Positions 1 to 4,845 of a stretch of DNA of 5,156 nt are shown piece by piece. Made by a program: the position numbers and the translations under genes. The DNA comes from a virus (Duplodnaviria; Heunggongvirae; Uroviricota; Caudoviricetes). Positions within the stretch are counted from its first letter, which is position 1. Each line of letters starts with the position of its first letter. The notes beneath the pieces were generated by a model. The model was not told where the DNA came from and ran no database searches. It saw only the letters and a list, made by a program, of their open reading frames with translations. The stretch is taken from positions 1 to 5,156 of the IMG/VR virus record IMGVR_UViG_2693429634_000002. One strand, written 5' to 3'.

Positions 1-72
1 TAAGAGACCAGGCGGGGGAGAAATCCCTCGCCACCGCTGATGTGTCAGGCATCCTCAACGCACCCGCACTTA

Positions 73-99
73 ACCCGCTTCGGCGGGTTTTGTTTTTTC
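73..99 (+). terminator. Rho-independent terminator (stem ACCCGC / tetraloop TTCG / GCGGGT, then T-rich tail TTTGTTTTTTC)
   Basis: Perfect 6-bp GC-rich inverted repeat at 73-78/83-88 with a TTCG loop, followed directly by a T-rich run. It lies downstream of a TAA at 1-3 that may end an upstream gene. Confidence 0.5.
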
Positions 100-170
100 T
101 GGTCGTTCTGGTTTACAATCCATCCGTCAGCCTGAACAACTGGCACCTGCTGCGCCAGCAGAGAAAACAG

Positions 171-449
171 ATGGCGCACGATACCAAATTTTACAATTCG
201 GATAACTCTGCCGCCCCTGCCAGCAGGCACGGGCGGCGTTCTCATGCATTCAAATCTGACTGGTATCAGCACGACCCCTGCACCGAAGAACAGGCTGAAT
301 GGCTGATTCAGTGTTACCGCAGGCGCGGATACGAGATTAAGAAAGCCCTCAGCCTCGACTACCGTCACTGGATAATCTCCGTCAGGCTTCCTTACTCCGA
401 ACGGCCACCGCGTCCGTCCCGCACATTCCAGCAACGCATCTGGAGGTAA
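171..449 (+). CDS. Small hypothetical phage protein (nin-region), 92 aa, basic and Arg-rich
   Basis: The ORF track extends this frame back to GTG 42, but that extension would translate through the terminator hairpin and T-tract at 73-99. ATG 171 follows the terminator; its Shine-Dalgarno is weak (AGAGAAAACAG). The stop TAA 447-449 sits inside the GGAGG-TAAC-GTG junction with the next gene, suggesting translational coupling. Product identity not recognised. Confidence 0.45.
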   Translation: MAHDTKFYNSDNSAAPASRHGRRSHAFKSDWYQHDPCTEEQAEWLIQCYRRRGYEIKKALSLDYRHWIISVRLPYSERPPRPSRTFQQRIWR

Positions 450-450
450 C

Positions 451-1506
451 GTGCGGGTATTACTTCGACCTGTTCTGGTACCGGAACTCGGGCTGGTGAT
501 CGTTAAGCCGGGCCGTGAATCCATGCCGGTATTCCACAATACCCGGGTACTGGTGGAGCCGGAACCGAAAAGCATGCGTAATCTGCCGTCCGGGGTCGTT
601 CCTGCCGTTCGCCAGCCGCTGGCGGAGGATAAATCATTACTGCCATTTTTCAGCGACGAACGAGTGATTCGTGCTGCTGGTGGCGCTGGCGCATTGTCTG
701 ACTGGTTACTGCGCCATGTTAAATCCTGCCAGTGGCCACACGGCGATTATCACCACAGTGAAACCGTCATTCACCGTTATGGTACCGGCGCAATGGTGTT
801 GTGCTGGCACTGCGACAACCAGTTGCGTGACCAGACCTCCGAATCACTTGAGCAACTTGCTCACCGAAACTTGTCAGCATGGATGATTGACGTCATTCGT
901 CACGCAATGAATGGCACACAGGAGCGTGAATTATCGCTGGCTGAATTATCCTGGTGGGCGGCCTGCAATCAGGTGGTGGATGCACTACCTGAGGCAGTAG
1001 CGCGTCGTTCGCTGGGATTACCAGCGGAAAAAATCCGCTCCGTATACCGTGAGAGTGACATCGTACCGGGAGAACAGACAGCCACCAGCATACTGAAGCA
1101 GCGCACAAAAAATCTTGCGCCGCTGCCTCACGCCCACCAGCAAAACCCGCCACAGGAAAAGACGGTGGTCAGCATTGCCGTTGATCCGGAGTCACCGGCT
1201 CAGTATCTCCAGCGCCAGAAATCACAACGGGAAGAGATGCCTGTATACACGCGCTGGGTAAAAACGCAGAAATGCATGACGTGTGGCAATCAGGCAGATG
1301 ATCCGCATCACATCATTGGTCATGGACTGGGAGGGATGGGAACAAAGGCTGATGATTTGTTTGTTATTCCGCTGTGCCGTAAATGCCATAACGAACTGCA
1401 CGCCGGGGTAAAAGATTTTGAAGAAAAACACGGCAGCCAGCTGTTGTTGCTGATTCGTTTTTTAATGCACGCGAGAAATTCGGGTGTCCTGAAGTGGAAA
1501 GCATGA
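451..1506 (+). CDS. DUF968-like prophage protein (YdfU-like) with C-terminal HNH-like Cys/His cluster; putative nuclease or recombination accessory protein
   Basis: 351-aa ORF starting at GTG 451, preceded by GGAGG (442-446) with a 4-nt spacer. C-terminus carries C-x2-C...HH...C-x2-C-H-x3-H (CMTCGNQADDPHHIIGHG...CRKCHNELH). A second Cys/His cluster lies near residue 95 (CQWPHGDYHH...CWHCDNQ). Stop TGA 1504-1506 directly abuts the rusA ATG at 1507. Family assignment is from memory of DUF968/YdfU proteins of similar size and context, not from a search. Confidence 0.7.
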   Translation: MRVLLRPVLVPELGLVIVKPGRESMPVFHNTRVLVEPEPKSMRNLPSGVVPAVRQPLAEDKSLLPFFSDERVIRAAGGAGALSDWLLRHVKSCQWPHGDYHHSETVIHRYGTGAMVLCWHCDNQLRDQTSESLEQLAHRNLSAWMIDVIRHAMNGTQERELSLAELSWWAACNQVVDALPEAVARRSLGLPAEKIRSVYRESDIVPGEQTATSILKQRTKNLAPLPHAHQQNPPQEKTVVSIAVDPESPAQYLQRQKSQREEMPVYTRWVKTQKCMTCGNQADDPHHIIGHGLGGMGTKADDLFVIPLCRKCHNELHAGVKDFEEKHGSQLLLLIRFLMHARNSGVLKWKA

Positions 1507-1872
1507 ATGACTGAACGCATAGAATTTGTTTTGCCTTACCCGCCGACGGTGAACACCTACTGGCGACGTCGTGGCAGCACATATTTTGTGTCAAAAGCCG
1601 GTGAGCGTTATCGCCGGGATGTGGCACTTATTGTTCGCCAGCAGCGGCTGAAATTAAACCTGTCCGGAAGGCTGGCGATAAAGATTATTGCAGAGCCACC
1701 GGATAAGCGCCGCCGCGACCTGGACAATATCCTGAAGGCACCACTGGATGCGCTTACGCATGCCGGACTACTTATAGACGACGAGCAGTTTGATGAAATC
1801 AATATTGTGCGCGGTCAGCTCGTTTCTGGTGGGCGGCTGGGCGTGAAGATTTACAAAATTGAAAGTGAGTGA
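1507..1872 (+). CDS. rusA: Crossover junction endodeoxyribonuclease RusA (Holliday junction resolvase)
   Basis: 121-aa product MTERIEFVLPYPPTVNTYWRRRG...PPDKRRRDLDNILKAPLDALTHAGLLIDDEQ... matches the RusA hallmark (RRRDLDN acidic catalytic region, about 120 aa) and the typical position just upstream of Q in lambdoid phages. Confidence 0.9.
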   Translation: MTERIEFVLPYPPTVNTYWRRRGSTYFVSKAGERYRRDVALIVRQQRLKLNLSGRLAIKIIAEPPDKRRRDLDNILKAPLDALTHAGLLIDDEQFDEINIVRGQLVSGGRLGVKIYKIESE

Positions 1873-2435
1873 GCATAAATATGATATACCCGGAAATTAC
1901 AGGCAAAAGCGGTGAGCATTTACGCCTGAAAACGCTGGAAAGTGTCTGGATCCAGGGGAAACTGCGTATGTGGGGGCGTTGGTCGTATATTGGCGACGGT
2001 AAGACGGGAAATATGTTCAACCAATTACTGACCTCTAAAAAGCTGACAAAAACGGCAATTAACGAGGCGCTCCGGAGGATGAAAAAAGCGGGTCTGGACA
2101 AACCTGAACTTGAGGCTTTTTTGCGGGATATGATCAACGGCAATCAAAAAAGCTGGCTGGCACATTGTACCGATTCAGAGGCGTTAATAATCGACAGGGT
2201 TATTGGTGAAGTACTGGCAGGTTATCCCGGGCTGCTCAATGTTCTGAGTCAGCGTTATGTGGGGCGGGGGATGACTAAGCGCAAAATGGCTGAACTGCTG
2301 AATGATGCACATCCGGAATGGAGTTTAAGAACCTGTGAAAGACGCATTGAGCATTGGCTAAAGGTGGCAGAATTTATTTTGTACAAACCAATGGTTATGG
2401 CTTTTGGTATAGAGAAAAAAGTTATTGCTTTTTGA
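1869..2435 (+). CDS. Late-gene antitermination protein Q, phage-82/QuuD-like family (no lambda-Q zinc finger)
   Basis: 188-aa ORF whose GTG 1869 overlaps the rusA stop (GTGA); ATG 1881 is an alternative start. Contains an LRMWGRW...LLTSKKLTK segment resembling the ERWGAW...LITSK motif I recall from Q82/QuuD-type proteins. Sits immediately upstream of a promoter-like element and a strong intrinsic terminator (the PR'/tR' arrangement). No CxxC zinc-finger pairs as in lambda Q. Confidence 0.65.
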   Translation: MSINMIYPEITGKSGEHLRLKTLESVWIQGKLRMWGRWSYIGDGKTGNMFNQLLTSKKLTKTAINEALRRMKKAGLDKPELEAFLRDMINGNQKSWLAHCTDSEALIIDRVIGEVLAGYPGLLNVLSQRYVGRGMTKRKMAELLNDAHPEWSLRTCERRIEHWLKVAEFILYKPMVMAFGIEKKVIAF

Positions 2436-2462
2436 CGTAAAAACTGCTTCAATTCCGATAAG
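2425..2462 (+). promoter_or_regulatory. Candidate late promoter PR' and Q-utilisation region
   Basis: TTGACG (2432-2437) overlaps the Q stop codon. The -10 is ambiguous: CGATAA or GATAAG 18-19 bp downstream, or TTGCTT(2425)-N17-TTCAAT(2448). Position between Q and the terminator at 2514-2537 matches the lambdoid PR'-qut-tR' layout. Exact hexamers are uncertain. Confidence 0.3.
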
Positions 2463-2513
2463 CTTTCGCAAAGCTGTACCGCGAGGCGAATAGCAGACAT
2501 GGACATTTGAAAG

Positions 2514-2537
2514 AGCCCGCTTTTTGCGGGTTTTTTT
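2514..2537 (+). terminator. Rho-independent terminator, tR'-like (stem CCCGC / loop TTTTT / GCGGG, then T7)
   Basis: AGCCCGC-TTTTT-GCGGG followed by TTTTTTT at 2531-2537, about 80 bp downstream of the Q stop. This is the expected site of the terminator that Q-modified RNA polymerase reads through. Confidence 0.7.
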
Positions 2538-2648
2538 ATGACTGAAAAACGGCACGGGGCGTTAAACGCGCTGGTGGTTGCTAATACCGGTCTTTCAACT
2601 TGCTGGCTTTTTCGACAAGAGTTATTGGTATGTCACGTTAACCGGAAA

Positions 2649-2858
2649 ATGGAAAAAGACATGCTAAAACAGCAGGATATGACCGAAACCGCCAGAGTGG
2701 TGTTTAATGAATTAAGCGTCACCGAACCGGCGACCGCCGGGGAAATTGCGCAGAACACTTATCTTTCACGCGAACGCTGCCAGTTAATACTGACCCAGCT
2801 TGTTATGGCGGGTCTGGCAGATTATCAGTTCGGTTGTTACAGACGCCTTCCTCAGTGA
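2649..2858 (+). CDS. Small putative helix-turn-helix (winged-helix-like) DNA-binding protein, about 69 aa
   Basis: The ORF track gives 2538..2858, but ATG 2538 directly follows the terminator T-tract with no Shine-Dalgarno. Internal ATGs at 2649, 2661 and 2679 are more plausible starts. C-terminal segment TEPATAGEIAQNTYLSRERCQLILTQLVMAGL has an HTH-like pattern. Stop TGA 2856-2858 is embedded in its own terminator hairpin. The start is uncertain. Confidence 0.4.
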   Translation: MEKDMLKQQDMTETARVVFNELSVTEPATAGEIAQNTYLSRERCQLILTQLVMAGLADYQFGCYRRLPQ

Positions 2859-2868
2859 AGGCTTTTTT
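2845..2868 (+). terminator. Rho-independent terminator (GCCTTC / loop CTCAGT / GAAGGC, then TTTTTT)
   Basis: Perfect 6-bp inverted repeat 2845-2850/2857-2862 followed by T6 at 2863-2868. The loop/stem overlaps the stop codon of the small HTH ORF. Confidence 0.55.
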
Positions 2869-3008
2869 ATTTGTGGTAATGGGCGGCTGGTGGGTGTTAG
2901 CGGCACCTGCCAGCCATCTGCTCATGCGTTGGGGTCACAAGCAAACCTCAGGCCCATCTGCTTTGCGCAAAAGCGGTATGAGCCTATCAGAGAAGTGCTT
3001 ATTGATCT

Positions 3009-4067
3009 ATGGCTAATACTGTAAAAATATCCAGTTGTGAGTTAATCAACGCTGATTGCCTGGAATTTATCCAGACCTTACCGGAAAACTCTGTCGATCT
3101 GATAGTCACAGACCCGCCATACTTTAAAGTGAAGCCCGAGGGCTGGGATAACCAGTGGAAGGGCGACGATGATTACCTGAAGTGGCTGGACCAGTGTCTG
3201 GCGCAGTTCTGGCGGGTGCTGAAACCTGCCGGAAGTCTTTACCTGTTCTGTGGCCATCGCCTGGCATCTGACATTGAAATCATGATGCGTGAACGCTTCA
3301 ATGTGCTGAACCATATTATCTGGGCGAAGCCGTCCGGACGCTGGAACGGGTGCAACAAGGAAAGCCTGCGGGCGTATTTTCCGGCCACAGAACGCATTCT
3401 GTTCGCGGAACATTATCAGGGGCCGTATCGTCCGAAAGATGATGGCGATGAGGCGAAGGGCAGGGCACTGAAACAGCATGTGATGGCCCCGCTGATTTCT
3501 TACTTTCGTGATGCGCGTGCTGCTCTTGGGATAACGGCAAAACAGATTGCAGATGCCACAGGAAAGAAAAACATGGTGTCGCACTGGTTCAGTGCCAGTC
3601 AGTGGCAGCTACCGAACGAAAGCGATTATCTGAAATTACAGTCGCTGTTTGCCCGGGTGGCAGAAGAGAAACATCAGCGGGGAGAACTGGAAAAGTCCCA
3701 TTACCAACTGGTCAGCACATACAGTGAGCTGAACCGGCAGTATATGGAACTGCTGAGTGAATATAAGCATCTGCGGCGGTATTTTGGCGTGACGGTGCAG
3801 GTGCCGTATACCGATGTGTGGACGCATAAACCGGTGCAGTTCTATCCCGGGAAACATCCGTGCGAAAAACCGGCAGAAATGCTGCAGCAGATAATCAGCG
3901 CTAGCAGTCGTCCGGGTGACCTGATTGCAGATTTTTTCATGGGGTCGGGTTCGACAGTGAAAGCGGCACTGGCGCTCGGGCGTCGTGCAATTGGCGTTGA
4001 GCTGGAGACTGAACGTTTTGAGCAGACGGTTCGGGAAGTACAGGATTTAGTCAGCCAGAACGGATGA
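3009..4067 (+). CDS. DNA methyltransferase, beta-class amino-MTase (probable N6-adenine; N4-cytosine not excluded), apparently orphan
   Basis: 352-aa ORF. Motif IV DPPY (LIVTDPPYF) near the N-terminus is followed by LKPAGSLYLFCG. The C-terminal AdoMet motif is HPCEKPAEMLQQIISASSRPGDLIADFFMGSGSTVKAA. Motif order IV then I indicates the beta permutation. A roughly 150-aa insert between the motifs is a likely target-recognition region. No restriction endonuclease ORF is adjacent in this window. Confidence 0.9.
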   Translation: MANTVKISSCELINADCLEFIQTLPENSVDLIVTDPPYFKVKPEGWDNQWKGDDDYLKWLDQCLAQFWRVLKPAGSLYLFCGHRLASDIEIMMRERFNVLNHIIWAKPSGRWNGCNKESLRAYFPATERILFAEHYQGPYRPKDDGDEAKGRALKQHVMAPLISYFRDARAALGITAKQIADATGKKNMVSHWFSASQWQLPNESDYLKLQSLFARVAEEKHQRGELEKSHYQLVSTYSELNRQYMELLSEYKHLRRYFGVTVQVPYTDVWTHKPVQFYPGKHPCEKPAEMLQQIISASSRPGDLIADFFMGSGSTVKAALALGRRAIGVELETERFEQTVREVQDLVSQNG

Positions 4068-4069
4068 TA

Positions 4070-4098
4070 TTGAAGAATTAATTACGCGTCGTTATTAT
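4070..4098 (+). promoter_or_regulatory. Candidate sigma70 promoter for the tRNA cluster (TTGAAG-N17-TATTAT) with GC-rich discriminator
   Basis: -35-like TTGAAG at 4070-4075, 17-bp spacer, -10-like TATTAT at 4093-4098, then GC-rich GCGGCTCCC before the tRNA 5' end at 4108, resembling stable-RNA promoter discriminators. Overlaps the methyltransferase stop codon. Sequence-pattern only. Confidence 0.3.
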
Positions 4099-4107
4099 GC
4101 GGCTCCC

Positions 4108-4183
4108 GGCCCTTTAGCTCAGTGGTGAGAGCGAGCGACTCATAATCGCCAGGTCGCTGGTTCAAATCCAGCAAGGGCCACCA
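4108..4183 (+). tRNA. ileZ: tRNA-Ile2 (anticodon CAU, presumably lysidine-modified to read AUA); ileZ-like
   Basis: Manual cloverleaf: acceptor GGCCCTT/AAGGGCC, U8, D-stem GCTC/GAGC, anticodon loop CTCATAA (CAT), T-arm GCTGG-TTCAAAT-CCAGC, discriminator A, encoded CCA. Overall sequence is close to what I recall of E. coli ileX rather than elongator tRNA-Met. Ile versus Met cannot be proven from sequence alone. Confidence 0.85.
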
Positions 4184-4190
4184 TCACATA

Positions 4191-4267
4191 CCGCCATTAG
4201 CTCATCGGGATAGAGCGCCAGCCTTCGAAGCTGGTTGCGCGGGGTTCAAGTCCCCGATGGCGGTCCA
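4191..4267 (+). tRNA. argN: tRNA-Arg (anticodon UCG, reads CGA/CGG); argN-like
   Basis: Manual cloverleaf: acceptor CCGCCAT/ATGGCGG (C1:G72), U8, D-stem GCTC/GAGC with GG in the D-loop, anticodon stem CCAGC/GCTGG, loop CTTCGAA (TCG), T-arm CGGGG-TTCAAGT-CCCCG, discriminator U, encoded CCA. Lies 7 nt after the preceding tRNA. Confidence 0.8.
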
Positions 4268-4280
4268 TTATCTGCATCAT

Positions 4281-4357
4281 GCGTTGTTAGCTCAGCCGGA
4301 CAGAGCAATTGCCTTCTAAGCAATCGGTCACTGGTTCGAATCCAGTACAACGCGCCA
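4281..4357 (+). tRNA. argO: tRNA-Arg (anticodon UCU, reads AGA/AGG); argO-like
   Basis: Manual cloverleaf: acceptor GCGTTGT/ACAACGC, U8 A9, D-stem GCTC/GAGC, anticodon stem ATTGC/GCAAT, loop CTTCTAA (TCT), T-arm ACTGG-TTCGAAT-CCAGT, discriminator G, encoded CCA. Lies 13 nt after the previous tRNA. Confidence 0.85.
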
Positions 4358-4372
4358 CACTTATTTTCCCTG

Positions 4373-4396
4373 GCTCGCTTTTGCGGGCTTTTTTTT
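4373..4396 (+). terminator. Rho-independent terminator after the tRNA cluster (GCTCGC / loop TTTT / GCGGGC, then T8)
   Basis: 6-bp stem with one G-U pair and a TTTT loop, followed by TTTTTTTT at 4389-4396, about 15 nt after the last tRNA CCA. Confidence 0.6.
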
Positions 4397-4593
4397 AAAT
4401 GTCTCACAATTCAGGCGGTTGACTGTTGTCTGGTTTGCGGGGAGTTTGTTAAAAGAAACTGGCATGGTGAATCCCCCTGTGCGGAGGGGCAATCAGCGAG
4501 TAGGTATATGGGATAATCGCGGATTCAGGTGCTGGTACTGAATTCACCGGGAGGCACCCGGCACCATGCAATGGCACATAGCGCCACTCTCCA

Positions 4594-4621
4594 GCCCCTC
4601 TCCGGAGGGGCTTTCTTATGG
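4594..4621 (+). terminator. Terminator-like hairpin (GCCCCTC / loop TCCG / GAGGGGC, then TTTCTTAT)
   Basis: Perfect 7-bp GC stem 4594-4600/4605-4611 with a 4-nt loop and a moderately U-rich tail. No coding gene precedes it, so it may belong to a small RNA or to a convergent terminator pair. Confidence 0.35.
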
Positions 4622-4623
4622 AC

Positions 4624-4652
4624 AAAAAAAGCCCGCGCAGGGAGACGCGGGC
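4624..4652 (-). terminator. Terminator-like hairpin on the minus strand (A7 on + is U7 on -, adjacent to GCCCGCG / 8-nt loop / CGCGGGC)
   Basis: 7-bp perfect GC stem 4631-4637/4646-4652 immediately 3' of the A-tract 4624-4630 on the + strand. Read on the minus strand this is a stem followed by a U7 tract. No convincing minus-strand gene is seen to its right in this window. Confidence 0.3.
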
Positions 4653-4845
4653 GGCAAGGAATAAACAACAAAACGTGAAGTAATATTTCAGCTGGCGAAT
4701 AATATCCGACAGTAATCACTCTGCGCAATAGCGCGGCCTTTTTCGTATTGCGGGCTGTTGTCTCTCTTCTGCCATTGTCCTGTAACTTCCGGACTTCAGC
4801 CCGCTCCTCATTTTACTCACAATATTATCCCGGCCGGGAGGATTC

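Noticed and set aside
45-575. 176-aa minus-strand ORF
   Set aside because: Lies antisense to two co-directional + strand genes and across the + strand terminator. No ribosome-binding context and no recognisable motifs. Likely a shadow ORF of GC-rich coding sequence.
671-886. 71-aa + strand ORF in an alternate frame inside the DUF968 gene
   Set aside because: Fully nested in a longer, motif-bearing ORF, with Cys/Thr-rich low-complexity translation typical of an off-frame read.
893-1627. Cluster of minus-strand ORFs (893..1153, 1222..1431, 1320..1520, 1364..1627)
   Set aside because: All overlap each other and the DUF968/rusA genes on the opposite strand. They are short and show no start or RBS context.
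1608-2143. Minus-strand ORFs 1608..1802 and 1799..2143 antisense to rusA and Q
   Set aside because: Serine-rich low-complexity translations antisense to well-supported genes; treated as spurious.
2255-2555. Minus-strand ORFs 2255..2506 and 2358..2555
   Set aside because: They overlap the Q 3' end and run through the PR'/tR' region and its hairpin, which is implausible as coding.
2538-2648. ATG 2538 as the start of the small HTH ORF (106-aa version)
   Set aside because: The ATG directly follows the terminator T-tract with no Shine-Dalgarno, and the first 37 residues are hydrophobic/Cys-containing without a recognisable domain. Internal starts are preferred, but the longer form is not excluded.
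2800-3024. + strand ORFs 2800..3024 and 2834..3016 between the HTH gene and the methyltransferase
   Set aside because: They span a terminator hairpin and intergenic sequence, overlap the methyltransferase start out of frame, and have no RBS. More likely a regulatory spacer.
3078-3857. Minus-strand ORFs (3078..3584, 3316..3540, 3636..3857) inside the methyltransferase gene
   Set aside because: Antisense to a methyltransferase with clear catalytic motifs; His/Arg-rich translations typical of a reverse-frame artefact.
4235-4516. 93-aa + strand ORF
   Set aside because: Begins inside the tRNA-Arg(UCG) gene and reads through the third tRNA and the terminator, so it is an artefact of structured RNA sequence.
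4464-4541. 25-aa micro-ORF (MVNPPVRRGNQRVGIWDNRGFRCWY) in the spacer
   Set aside because: No Shine-Dalgarno, overlaps a hairpin, and there is no evidence of conservation, so it cannot be supported from sequence alone.
4525-4728. 67-aa minus-strand ORF
   Set aside because: Crosses both hairpins of the convergent terminator-like pair and has a Pro/Arg-rich low-complexity translation.
4358-4845. Search for stxA/stxB or remnants between the tRNAs and nanS-p
   Set aside because: No ORF of suitable size and no sequence resembling what I recall of the stx1/stx2 5' ends. The toxin operon is called absent rather than degraded, though a short remnant cannot be excluded without alignment.
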